Shown: positions 45,771 through 54,404 of the stretch, in pieces
How positions within the stretch are numbered: the stretch's first letter is position 1
Layout of the letters: each line of letters starts with the position of its first letter
IMG/VR virus record: IMGVR_UViG_3300025451_000012
Coordinates: 9,671 to 73,670 of that record
Strand: one strand, 5' to 3'
Length of the DNA: 64,000 nucleotides
Origin: a virus
Translations under genes and position numbers: made by a program
Notes under the pieces: model-generated
Database searches by the model: none
Told to the model about the DNA's origin: nothing
What the model saw: only the letters and a program-made list of their open reading frames with translations

Positions 45771-46568
45771 TTATTTAGGCATCATCAATGCATTGAAGTT
45801 ACTTGGAACAACAATAGTCTGGACCTTGCCGTTCTTGATGCCTTCGGAGATGTTCAACATAGCTTGTGCTTGCATGAATGCAATTGAACTGCCACTGTTA
45901 TTAGCCAATGCTGCCATACGACGGCTTTCAGCTTCGGCAGTCTTAACTTCAACTTCCTTTTGCTTCAATTCGTTCTTACTACGAACCAATGCATTGGCAC
46001 TTTCAACAACGGTGTCGCTAGGCACAACATTACGAATCATTACTTGGCTGATAGTGATTGCACCGTCCAGCTTTTCTTCAGCCATGTTACGCACGATCTC
46101 GTCCTGAATGAACTTTTCCATTTCATTGCGCTTGTCAGCCATGTCCAATGCTTCGTGCTTACGTGCTGCCTTGTAGATAGCATTACGAGCAGTTTGCACA
46201 ATGTAGTTGTACATCACGTAAGTATCACCTTTGAACTCTGCGTGGAAACTCTTGTTCTTAGTTGAATACAATTCTGACACCTGCGATGGATTGATGTTGT
46301 AAACAACCACAGCATCAAAGTCCTTCATTGTGGAGTTGTCAGCAGCCACAGGAGTCATATTCTCCAGGGTGACATTAACGTCCTTGATAGGGAATGTCAG
46401 TACATCACCGATAAAAGTTTGATTGAAAGATCCAGGCAATAGTTCACCACTTTGGACCTGTTTGTCAAAGCCGACACGCACGCCAACCTCGCCAGTTTCA
46501 ATACGAGTACAACCTGTTGCCAAAACAGCAGCAGCCAAAATAGAGAGAGTCAAAATACGTTTCATCAT
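45771..46568 (-). CDS. SPFH/band-7 (prohibitin/stomatin-like) lipoprotein
   Basis: lipobox LATGC; SPFH-like core plus C-terminal coiled coil. Confidence 0.55.
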   Translation of the reverse strand: MMKRILTLSILAAAVLATGCTRIETGEVGVRVGFDKQVQSGELLPGSFNQTFIGDVLTFPIKDVNVTLENMTPVAADNSTMKDFDAVVVYNINPSQVSELYSTKNKSFHAEFKGDTYVMYNYIVQTARNAIYKAARKHEALDMADKRNEMEKFIQDEIVRNMAEEKLDGAITISQVMIRNVVPSDTVVESANALVRSKNELKQKEVEVKTAEAESRRMAALANNSGSSIAFMQAQAMLNISEGIKNGKVQTIVVPSNFNALMMPK

Positions 46569-46574
46569 GTTTCC

Positions 46575-46751
46575 TTAAAATAAAATTACTAAACCAACTA
46601 ACACTATCAGTGATAGTATTGAACACATTATAGCATAGGTTATTGATTTTGTCAAGCCCCATACTTCTTTTCCTGACAATGTTCTGACCCAAGATATACC
46701 AAATCCAAATACAACTGTCAATATCACAAATGCTAAAAATACTTTAATCAT
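46575..46751 (-). CDS. small membrane protein ORF (58 aa) not in track; contains the SPFH-gene promoter
   Basis: own translation MIKVFLAFVILTVVFGFGISWVRTLSGKEVWGLTKSITYAIMCSILSLIVLVGLVILF; ATGA overlap with ligase stop. Confidence 0.3.
   Translation of the reverse strand: MIKVFLAFVILTVVFGFGISWVRTLSGKEVWGLTKSITYAIMCSILSLIVLVGLVILF
46627..46655 (-). promoter_or_regulatory. early promoter (TTGACA-17-TATAAT, - strand)
   Basis: perfect consensus hexamers. Confidence 0.65.
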
Positions 46752-48109
46752 CATACTACCTGTTGTTTGTCATCACGAAACCGAACAAATCGGGGGAATC
46801 GTAGAGAATACGTTCCATCTTGATTTTGTGTAATCACGTCACACATGACCTCAGCGGTGCGACCAATAACGATAGCAGAGTCAGTCCAATAACTATCTCT
46901 ATCACCATCACTAAACCCACTACCAACATTGACAGTGATTTCCTTTCCGTCGTCCACTCCGGAGCAGACCAGTGCTCCAAGTCGACCTTCATTGCGTCCA
47001 GTACCTTCTTCAACACCTACGACCTCCAAGTCTACAGTAATAGTGGGTTTCCACTTCATCCAGTCAGTTGACCGTTTGCACAAATATGGAGCATCCATGT
47101 TCTTAATCATAATACCTTCGAACCCTGCGTTCACGTTGTCTTTAGCATAACGCTCAAGTTGATCCTTACCTGCGGCAGTGTCGAGGTCAACCATGATGTG
47201 AGGAAGTAGTTCAACATTGTCCATTGTATCAATCACAGGACGAATTGCATCAAGTAGTGCAATACGCTTAGTCAACTGAGCATTCCAATGACCTCGACGG
47301 AAGTCTTCAAGCGGGATAATGTCAAAAATATTGAGTACTGAATCGTCGGCTTGTGCGTCAGTTTTGCGGCGTGCTTGGCGCATGAGTTCTTGGAATGTAT
47401 TACCGATCACTTCACCATCAAGTACGAAACCATTAATGAGGCTGCGACCTTGATCTACGTTTGTACATGCACGAACTAGCTTAGTCCAACTGTTGGCAAT
47501 CTGGTCTTCAATGTGAGTAAAGTTTTCAAACACTTTACCATTGCGACTGAAACAGATAATCGTCACATCACCGTCACTAGGGATAACAGTGAACAATGCA
47601 CGAACACCATCCAACTTAGGCTCAAGTCGTTTCATGCCCTTCATTTCAGGACGACCTTCACTGTTAGTTGCAAGCTGGCAACCAAAGATTGGGATTTCGT
47701 ATTCTGTCTTTTTACAGATTTTGTTGATAGTAGTTGACGAGATACCTGCACGAAGGTCCCGACGCAACACTGCGGCACAGAATGTATTCCATTCTTCACT
47801 GTCAAAGCGTTCTGCCATTTCTTGAATAGCATCACGTGCAGCGTGACCAGTCAATTGGCGCTGTGATAGCTGAACCAATAGTTCATTGAAGTCACTCCAG
47901 GGATTTTCTGAATCAATTAGACCGACTGTATCAGGAACTTTCTTAACACCAAATGTTACGTAGGGATTGTAACATGCCTTAGCGAGTCCCAGAAATGCTT
48001 GCGAGTTGATGCTGCCCAGAATAGCAGCTTCCAATGCTTGCCTTACTACATCTTCTTTGTGAAGGCGACTGTCTGATTCGTTAAGTTTGTTGATCCAAGA
48101 TGCTGACAT
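46751..48109 (-). CDS. ATP-dependent DNA ligase (T4 gp30-like)
   Basis: adenylation motif I KLDGVRAL; nucleotidyltransferase + OB domain length/collinearity. Confidence 0.85.
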   Translation of the reverse strand: MSASWINKLNESDSRLHKEDVVRQALEAAILGSINSQAFLGLAKACYNPYVTFGVKKVPDTVGLIDSENPWSDFNELLVQLSQRQLTGHAARDAIQEMAERFDSEEWNTFCAAVLRRDLRAGISSTTINKICKKTEYEIPIFGCQLATNSEGRPEMKGMKRLEPKLDGVRALFTVIPSDGDVTIICFSRNGKVFENFTHIEDQIANSWTKLVRACTNVDQGRSLINGFVLDGEVIGNTFQELMRQARRKTDAQADDSVLNIFDIIPLEDFRRGHWNAQLTKRIALLDAIRPVIDTMDNVELLPHIMVDLDTAAGKDQLERYAKDNVNAGFEGIMIKNMDAPYLCKRSTDWMKWKPTITVDLEVVGVEEGTGRNEGRLGALVCSGVDDGKEITVNVGSGFSDGDRDSYWTDSAIVIGRTAEVMCDVITQNQDGTYSLRFPRFVRFRDDKQQVV

Positions 48110-48139
48110 TTTTACTCCGTTGTCTGATTTAAGCTACAA

Positions 48140-48168
48140 GTATAACACAGGTATGATTTATTGTCAAG
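48140..48168 (-). promoter_or_regulatory. early promoter (TTGACA-17-TTATAC, - strand)
   Basis: sequence. Confidence 0.5.
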
Positions 48169-48526
48169 CCTTTAGTGTCTTCCAGATATAGTTCTTTTCA
48201 ATGTCTGTCACATATTCAGTGCGGATACCCTTCTTGTCATTGCACCAATCTTCTACCCGTTCATAGCTACCCCAACTACCATTAGGAAGATTAGTCATAA
48301 TGAATCTACCGATAGCCCACATCATTTGTCGGTTACCGGTGTCAGCACTATTCACTGCACGAAACATATCACCAGCAAGCATACTAGTCAGAAACCCGCC
48401 GGGCTGCCAACCACGCAACAAGTAACTAGTGATTGCTTCTTGGGTATGCACAGGCACTTCCATGCCCATATAACCTATTTCGCTAGTATCAAAGTCAATC
48501 ATCTTGTCCAGTGTTAAGATAGTCAT
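48164..48526 (-). CDS. hypothetical protein
   Basis: ORF track. Confidence 0.5.
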   Translation of the reverse strand: MTILTLDKMIDFDTSEIGYMGMEVPVHTQEAITSYLLRGWQPGGFLTSMLAGDMFRAVNSADTGNRQMMWAIGRFIMTNLPNGSWGSYERVEDWCNDKKGIRTEYVTDIEKNYIWKTLKA

Positions 48527-48527
48527 A

Positions 48528-48959
48528 TTACCAACTTGAATTATAAAACACTTTGAAACCCAAGAACAATTCTACCTTAGCATCAGCACAAAATTTGAGG
48601 TCATGTTCGTAGTAGGTATTGTCGCTAGGCTTGCCAAAGAAGAAACCTTCAGTGAATGGAAGTTTTCCGTGTCGCACTACCTGTTCAAGGTCATCAACGT
48701 CTTGCCAAGTTAGCTCAAGTTCAATGCCATTAAAGTCAGCATCAGTGTTGCCTGTACCTGGCATACCTTTCTTCTGCCACAACTGTTCCATGTAACCATG
48801 CAATGAAGGATGCTTGCGCCAGTAAGCAAGTTCAATTGGTTTAGTTACAGGGCCTTTAGCAACCCATTCACGAGTTTCAGGATCCCAGTCACTTCCTTGT
48901 TCATTGTATTCAGAGCGTTGACCTTCACGGGCAATATAAGCGTACATGTCGAGACCCAT
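48528..48959 (-). CDS. hypothetical protein
   Basis: ORF track. Confidence 0.5.
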   Translation of the reverse strand: MGLDMYAYIAREGQRSEYNEQGSDWDPETREWVAKGPVTKPIELAYWRKHPSLHGYMEQLWQKKGMPGTGNTDADFNGIELELTWQDVDDLEQVVRHGKLPFTEGFFFGKPSDNTYYEHDLKFCADAKVELFLGFKVFYNSSW

Positions 48960-49159
48960 TATTTTGCTCCTTCTGTTGCGATTTCTTTTGTCTTAGCGAT
49001 ACCGTTGTCAAGCAACCTAGCAATACCACTAAAGCCTACAGTTGCGACAACGATACCAAACACGGTGCCAATTAGAAAGTTTTTCATATAATTACTCAAA
49101 AGAAAATTCACGAACCCAGTCAAACCTAGTAGTTGCTGGGACCCACTTGAAATGCTCAC
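48959..49159 (-). CDS. hypothetical small membrane protein
   Basis: ORF track. Confidence 0.45.
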   Translation of the reverse strand: MSISSGSQQLLGLTGFVNFLLSNYMKNFLIGTVFGIVVATVGFSGIARLLDNGIAKTKEIATEGAK

Positions 49160-49289
49160 GCTTACGGTCTATCTTTTCAAAGTCAAAACAAACCATAACC
49201 CAGTCCTTGTCAGTAGAGAAGCCTACGGTGTCAGCAACACGTACAACTTGGACTATCTTGCCATCTGTCATTTTTGCTACTATCACCAT
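49092..49289 (-). CDS. hypothetical protein
   Basis: ORF track. Confidence 0.4.
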   Translation of the reverse strand: MVIVAKMTDGKIVQVVRVADTVGFSTDKDWVMVCFDFEKIDRKREHFKWVPATTRFDWVREFSFE

Positions 49290-49306
49290 ATTAACTCCTA
49301 CAATTT

Positions 49307-49513
49307 TTAAGCTACAAAGTCAAACACGTATTCTACCGGAGTCTTGGAGATTTTCACCTTACCGAGACCAGCGTCATACGACAATTTGTGAAACACTGAA
49401 CGGGCAGTTTTTTCAGAACATTCAACAAACAGTGAACCATATGAGAATTCAGCACGTTCGCCAGAGTCAAGCAAAGGAGCGATGTTGTTGATAACTTGTG
49501 TTTCGAATACCAT
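49307..49513 (-). CDS. hypothetical protein
   Basis: ORF track. Confidence 0.45.
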   Translation of the reverse strand: MVFETQVINNIAPLLDSGERAEFSYGSLFVECSEKTARSVFHKLSYDAGLGKVKISKTPVEYVFDFVA

Positions 49514-49545
49514 TTTATAGTCCTGTTCTTTACTGTTTAAGATTC

Positions 49546-49574
49546 TATTATATACCCAAAGCCATTTACCGTCA
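49546..49574 (-). promoter_or_regulatory. early promoter (TTGACG-17-TATAAT, - strand)
   Basis: sequence. Confidence 0.6.
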
Positions 49575-49730
49575 ACCTTTATTTCTGTGTGTGAATCAAC
49601 CCTGTTTTAGTGTAAGTGATAGTGCCACCAGTTGAGGACTTGATAGGCTTTGGAAGTTGCGGTTGAATAGTTTTGATCATTGTGTGTTTGTTGTTAGGGT
49701 TGAGGATAGTCGCGGAAAGTGTAGTGATCA

Positions 49731-49901
49731 ATAAATTTCCTTGAGAATTTGAAATTGTGCAGTAGGATACTTCTCCATGAATTCCTCTGACTTCACGAAT
49801 TCATTGTATGCCTTAGCGTCAAAGAACACCTTACGAAATACGCTCGACAGCGTACCAATTGGGGTGACTGTGAGATAGACCGATTTTGCTTTGCCTGCCA
49901 T
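49731..49901 (-). CDS. small ORF (57 aa) not in track
   Basis: own translation MAGKAKSVYLTVTPIGTLSSVFRKVFFDAKAYNEFVKSEEFMEKYPTAQFQILKEIY; directly downstream of promoter 49932..49960. Confidence 0.3.
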
Positions 49902-49931
49902 GATGTATTCCTTGTTACTGTTTAAGATTCT

Positions 49932-49960
49932 ATTATATCACCGAAACCATTTAATGTCAA
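49932..49960 (-). promoter_or_regulatory. early promoter (- strand)
   Basis: ATTATA-17-TGTCAA. Confidence 0.65.
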
Positions 49961-50187
49961 CCTACAACGACTACTCGTTGAAAGGATTCGTCAAACATAC
50001 CAGCACCCTGAACCACTGTGCGGAACTCTTTGTTGAACTTTTCGTTGGGCAATGCTTTGCCGTCAAACACTTGTTTGATTGTCACGCAAGTAATGAAGTC
50101 ACCTTCTACCTTAGTCACAGTACCAACCATGTAGCAGTTCAAGTTGCCGGGGAAGTCAAAAGACTTGATGATAGTTCCGATTTGCAT
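49957..50187 (-). CDS. hypothetical protein (start refined to MQIGTIIK)
   Basis: RBS AAGGAA upstream of ATG 50187. Confidence 0.45.
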   Translation of the reverse strand: MQIGTIIKSFDFPGNLNCYMVGTVTKVEGDFITCVTIKQVFDGKALPNEKFNKEFRTVVQGAGMFDESFQRVVVVG

Positions 50188-50218
50188 TTGTGTTCCTTGT
50201 TTTTCAGTGTATGTGTAC

Positions 50219-50247
50219 ATTATATACCCAAATCCATTTAATGTCAA
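50219..50247 (-). promoter_or_regulatory. early promoter (- strand); part of a ~65-bp tandemly duplicated promoter-RBS-start cassette
   Basis: sequence. Confidence 0.6.
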
Positions 50248-50456
50248 ATTTTGGATACTTGCATCATGATCAGGTTGCTGTGAGTTGCGCACAGACGAAC
50301 CGAGTAAGGACGACCAAATTTGTTGATAACTTCAATGTCAATCCAAGGAACAGTCTCATATTGAGCATTTTCGCTCAGAACCACATTCTTGATAGAACCA
50401 TTCAGCAAGCCTGCAGCAGAAAACCATTCTACTTTGTCGTTGATATTGAGTTTCAT
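50244..50456 (-). CDS. hypothetical protein (start refined to MKLNINDK)
   Basis: RBS AAGGAA upstream of ATG 50456. Confidence 0.45.
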   Translation of the reverse strand: MKLNINDKVEWFSAAGLLNGSIKNVVLSENAQYETVPWIDIEVINKFGRPYSVRLCATHSNLIMMQVSKI

Positions 50457-50487
50457 ATTAGTTCCTTGTTTTTCAGTGTATGTGTAC

Positions 50488-50516
50488 ATTATATACCCAA
50501 AACCATTTAATGTCAA
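50488..50516 (-). promoter_or_regulatory. early promoter (- strand); second copy of duplicated cassette
   Basis: sequence. Confidence 0.6.
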
Positions 50517-50764
50517 GTTTTGGTTTCCGTAAAATAATGCACTGGAATCAGAACACCGTTGACCGGAACTTCCGTACGCTTCTCTACACTGTAGAACTCC
50601 ATTGTCTTGTAGTGCTTCCAGAAGTCACCGCAGGCGAAGTAGGCTTTAGAACTACCACAGATTTCCACTGCAAAGAAAAACTGGTCGTCCCAGGGCTTCT
50701 TGGAGTTCTGGCGGATGCTCTTGTACTTACGGATGACTTCTGGATGTGCTGTATATTTAAACAT
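50513..50764 (-). CDS. hypothetical protein
   Basis: ORF track. Confidence 0.5.
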   Translation of the reverse strand: MFKYTAHPEVIRKYKSIRQNSKKPWDDQFFFAVEICGSSKAYFACGDFWKHYKTMEFYSVEKRTEVPVNGVLIPVHYFTETKT

Positions 50765-50770
50765 GAGTGT

Positions 50771-50799
50771 ATTATATACCCAAAACGATTTAACGTCAA
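50771..50799 (-). promoter_or_regulatory. early promoter (TTGACG-17-TATAAT, - strand)
   Basis: sequence. Confidence 0.6.
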
Positions 50800-50805
50800 C
50801 CGTAG

Positions 50806-50832
50806 GAAAGCCCCGATTAAGGGGCTTTTTGT
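50806..50832. terminator. intrinsic terminator AAGCCCC-GATTAA-GGGGCTTTTT
   Basis: 6-7 bp GC stem + T5; lies just downstream of 50834..51100. Confidence 0.6.
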
Positions 50833-50833
50833 C

Positions 50834-51100
50834 TTACTTCTTAGTTGCTTGGTTCACGAAACCATACATCTTTTCAGCAGCTTCTAGAATCTTTTCCATT
50901 CCTGGAAACTCTGGCATTGCGATTGATGTAACGAGTTGCCCAGTCTTTTCATCTTTGGCAGCAGTCAGTTGCCAACCTGCAACCTTAACGTTATAGTCTT
51001 GCATGACGATGTCCTTAGCCATTGCTAGAACGTCAGCACGAATTTCATATCCGTTTTTGTTGAATTTAACTTCTGGAAGTTTTGGTGTAAAATCTGTCAT
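50834..51100 (-). CDS. hypothetical protein
   Basis: ORF track. Confidence 0.5.
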   Translation of the reverse strand: MTDFTPKLPEVKFNKNGYEIRADVLAMAKDIVMQDYNVKVAGWQLTAAKDEKTGQLVTSIAMPEFPGMEKILEAAEKMYGFVNQATKK

Positions 51101-51154
51101 GTCTATCTCCTGTGTGTGTTTATTTTATATCTATTTCAAGATATTGTCAAGCAT

Positions 51155-51709
51155 TTATGATGTGAAGATCCAAGGTAAACGATTTCGTTTACCCACATAA
51201 TCTAACATAGCAAAATTGCTATCCATGCCTTCTTTGATAAAAGTACCAAATCCGGGTGCGTCTAATTCAATGTCAGCTTCCGTCTCTCCGTGTTCAGTAT
51301 GAAAATGAATTCCATGCTTGACACACAAATGTCTGATAGCTCGGTTGTGGCTTAGACAAACCATACAACCTTTTAGTATATTATGAGTGCGACACCATTG
51401 AATACATCGTTTCATTAATGCATCACCCATACCCTTACCTTGATGGTCTTTAAGAACACTGAATGCCAGTTCCATACCATCAGTAGTAGCGATATGCCCT
51501 ACGGCGATAAACTCTAAATTGTCATTTTCAATACAAAACAAAATATGATGGGCGTGATCTGTATCAAAGCCATCGCACAGTTTGTCTAATATTTCATCGT
51601 TGACCATAAAGCCAAAGCGCAAGTGTCTACTCTCTACATCAAGTGCCTTCAAATGAGTACGGTATTTTTCGTACTCATGTTGAAGAACTTTTCTTACCAC
51701 ATATGGCAT
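51155..51709 (-). CDS. GNAT-family N-acetyltransferase
   Basis: HQGKGMGDALMKRCIQWC acetyl-CoA-binding-like motif. Confidence 0.5.
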   Translation of the reverse strand: MPYVVRKVLQHEYEKYRTHLKALDVESRHLRFGFMVNDEILDKLCDGFDTDHAHHILFCIENDNLEFIAVGHIATTDGMELAFSVLKDHQGKGMGDALMKRCIQWCRTHNILKGCMVCLSHNRAIRHLCVKHGIHFHTEHGETEADIELDAPGFGTFIKEGMDSNFAMLDYVGKRNRLPWIFTS

Positions 51710-51808
51710 GTTAGTACCAGAATGATTGTGGGTTGCGATTGTATCTAGCAGACTTAGCTTTTGAAATGGCTAGCATGACATCCCAGATTGAATTTAGAAT
51801 TTGCTTAA

Positions 51809-52003
51809 TCATATTACCCATCCAGCGCTATTACGACGGGCTTGCGCTTGATCAAACTGTCGTTGCAGTCTATCAATGTCACAGCCATCCTGAGGGTTAT
51901 GAGAAACAATATATGCTTCTAATGCTGAACCATAAGTTTGCGGTTTCTCAAAGACACTGAATAGATCAATCAAATAATTATTGAGTGATTTTAACAGGAC
52001 CAT
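51809..52003 (-). CDS. hypothetical protein
   Basis: ORF track. Confidence 0.4.
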   Translation of the reverse strand: MVLLKSLNNYLIDLFSVFEKPQTYGSALEAYIVSHNPQDGCDIDRLQRQFDQAQARRNSAGWVI

Positions 52004-52005
52004 GA

Positions 52006-52299
52006 TTAAACAGCCTTCTTAGCTTTGGCTTTAGTAGTTTTGAAAAGATCAGTAGCTGGTACTAGAGTTTTGATTTGTTCACTAACATCATCATAAAATG
52101 TTTTGCTAGAAAAAATCATACCTAAAGCCATCATAGATTGCATTCCTGCATCGGCTGCTGTTTTAGTGTACTTGCGTTGCGCTTCAACGAAACCGTTAAG
52201 TGCATTTTTGATACCGTCGTGCTTGACGGCTTGGTCGACAAATTTCAATTTGAAATCAGAAACGCCGTCGATAAAGGCGTGTGAGGATGCGTTAAACAT
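52006..52299 (-). CDS. hypothetical protein
   Basis: ORF track. Confidence 0.5.
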   Translation of the reverse strand: MFNASSHAFIDGVSDFKLKFVDQAVKHDGIKNALNGFVEAQRKYTKTAADAGMQSMMALGMIFSSKTFYDDVSEQIKTLVPATDLFKTTKAKAKKAV

Positions 52300-52549
52300 A
52301 ATTATCTCCTAAGTGTGTGTGTTTAATTGAGTTTTTATGAAGAACTCTAACTTCATATCTATTTATGCCAGCATATAGATTTCTCTATATTTCTGCATAG
52401 CTAATTCTCTAGAAAGTGCCAATCTACTAGTGACATAATCAGATAGTTCATCTGTATCATTATCACTATTGACTAGCTTCGGACGACTATATCCTCGTTG
52501 CAGATCCAGATCATCTGGACCATTAGAGTCGTCGTCCGAATCGTCTAGA

Positions 52550-52822
52550 TTACTTAGCTGCTGGAGCTGCGACGACTGCTGGCTTAGCAGGAACTGCTGG
52601 TACTGCGTCCTTGACAGTGCTTTTTGCAGGCGCTGCCTTTTTGTCCTTGCTATGGTCTTTCTTCTTAGCCAATTTGATTTCAGGCTTCGCCGGAGTAGAT
52701 GCTGCTGCAACTGGTGCGACAACTGCTGCGGGTGCGACTGGAGCTGCTGGTGCTTTAACTGCGTCTGCTGCGAAAGCGGTTACTGCAAATGCAGTGGCTA
52801 AGATTACGATTGCTGATTTCAT
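52550..52822 (-). CDS. secreted Ala/Pro/Lys-rich low-complexity protein (signal peptide); alternative overlapping frame 52363..52722 also open
   Basis: N-terminal MKSAIVILATAFAVTAFA leader. Confidence 0.35.
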   Translation of the reverse strand: MKSAIVILATAFAVTAFAADAVKAPAAPVAPAAVVAPVAAASTPAKPEIKLAKKKDHSKDKKAAPAKSTVKDAVPAVPAKPAVVAAPAAK

Positions 52823-52917
52823 TTTAAGTTTCCTTTAAGTTAATGAATAGAGAATTTTAATCTCTACATATATAACGCCTCTGCCAACGTTTCCGTTGAC
52901 ACGATTTGGGTAATTAT

Positions 52918-53078
52918 CCACCGCGCCCAGTTTTTCTAACCGGTGCGCCTGCAAAGCCCTTGCTTGGCTTTCCCATCTTTTGAGCAGGTGTTTTTGTCAT
53001 TGGTAGCCGTGGGCTGTTTTTCTTTGCTTCATTTGCCATGTTGATAAATGGGTTTGAGCTTTTCTTGGGTTCTATCAT
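52918..53078 (-). CDS. small basic ORF (53 aa) not in track
   Basis: own translation MIEPKKSSNPFINMANEAKKNSPRLPMTKTPAQKMGKPSKGFAGAPVRKTGRGG; ATGA overlap. Confidence 0.3.
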
Positions 53079-53497
53079 CTTCTTACCTTTAGTGATTTGA
53101 GATAAGAATCAATGTTACCATACAAGCTGACCATCATAGCAATCTTACTATCGTATAGTCTAATGTAGGGCTGATTCTTTTTACCTTCACTTTTATTTAC
53201 CCCCAGGTAATAGGGGCATTTGATTTTTCTGCTTAGTTCAAGTATGTAGCTATGATAGCTGCCCTCTATCTTAGCCGTAAAATCATATTGGTAAAACTCT
53301 ATTTCACCTAAACGGAAAGCCATGTCACCTATTTCTGTTAGACGAAGGCTATCTCCGCGCAAACCAGTTTGCCACCATTTCTTCATAGCCTCTTCTACGG
53401 TCCAGTCAGTCCAGCCCTCTGGCATCTGACCTACTACAGCTTGAGTTATAAGTTCCTTGACGGATGGTTTACTCATCGGGATAAACTTTAGTACCAT
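53075..53497 (-). CDS. hypothetical protein
   Basis: ORF track. Confidence 0.5.
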   Translation of the reverse strand: MVLKFIPMSKPSVKELITQAVVGQMPEGWTDWTVEEAMKKWWQTGLRGDSLRLTEIGDMAFRLGEIEFYQYDFTAKIEGSYHSYILELSRKIKCPYYLGVNKSEGKKNQPYIRLYDSKIAMMVSLYGNIDSYLKSLKVRR

Positions 53498-53777
53498 TGT
53501 TCATAAACACGACACTAAATTTATCACTTTTGAATTGTGCGTTAAGTTTACGACACAGGTTTCTTGCATGACCAGGATTACTGAAACTGGTCTTCTTGTA
53601 CTTAGGCACAGCTTCACTATCCAAGTAGTGTTGGCTTTTTAAGTTGATAGGTGATCCATCATAGAATACTGCCCATATGCCAGCGGCTTCTACAATCTGG
53701 TCACACTTGTAAGTTGTTTTGTCTACTAGTTCTAGTACGACTTTTGGTTGTGTCCTGCTCATATTACCATTTCCCAC
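53469..53777 (-). CDS. hypothetical protein
   Basis: ORF track. Confidence 0.45.
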   Translation of the reverse strand: MGNGNMSRTQPKVVLELVDKTTYKCDQIVEAAGIWAVFYDGSPINLKSQHYLDSEAVPKYKKTSFSNPGHARNLCRKLNAQFKSDKFSVVFMNNGTKVYPDE

Positions 53778-53952
53778 CTGACATTACAACTTGAATAGTT
53801 TCAGGTTCTTTAGTGTATTCACGTTGGTCTAATAAGATTTTCGTAAGCTCATCACGTAACTCTTTAGCATCATTCAATGTCAAAATGACTTCACGTGATT
53901 GTCTACCTTCAGCTACGGCGATCTTATCAATAAACTTCTTTATATTGCTCAT
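53764..53952 (-). CDS. hypothetical protein
   Basis: ORF track. Confidence 0.4.
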   Translation of the reverse strand: MSNIKKFIDKIAVAEGRQSREVILTLNDAKELRDELTKILLDQREYTKEPETIQVVMSGGKW

Positions 53953-54404
53953 ACACTATTTATGCTACTATTTGCCTCTTTTTCTGTTTTGAATGGGCCG
54001 ATGTAGTCATAACGTTGAATAAAGATATACTTCGGGCAAAAAATACTTACAAACTCAGTTCCTTGTTGAATGGCAAACCAGCCAGCAGCATAGTAGCATT
54101 TGCTTTTAGGCGTAGTAGTATATAGGTGTAGCTTTTTACGAACATCTAGTATGCTGTTATAGATAGTAGTTCGGTCAGTGGGGAATATTGCAAAGGGCGG
54201 GTCAGTAATCTTTGACTTTTCAATTTTAGAAAATTCAATATGCTTTGTCTTCTGAATGGCTTTAGTAGAATTGTAGTGTTCGATGTTGTTGCCAATTTTA
54301 ACATCAAATCCAGTACCCTCAGCGGTTACATTGCCTACTTTTTTGTCACCATCGGTTACTACCCAATATTGATTTTTGATAATTGGTTTAGCTATTAGAT
54401 TCAT
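53949..54404 (-). CDS. hypothetical protein
   Basis: ORF track. Confidence 0.5.
   Translation of the reverse strand: MNLIAKPIIKNQYWVVTDGDKKVGNVTAEGTGFDVKIGNNIEHYNSTKAIQKTKHIEFSKIEKSKITDPPFAIFPTDRTTIYNSILDVRKKLHLYTTTPKSKCYYAAGWFAIQQGTEFVSIFCPKYIFIQRYDYIGPFKTEKEANSSINSV

Noticed and set aside
52363-52722. ORF 52363..52722 as a definite gene
   Set aside because: It overlaps 52550..52822 on the same strand in a different frame for ~170 nt. Only one is likely real. The signal-peptide-bearing frame is mildly preferred, but neither is confident.
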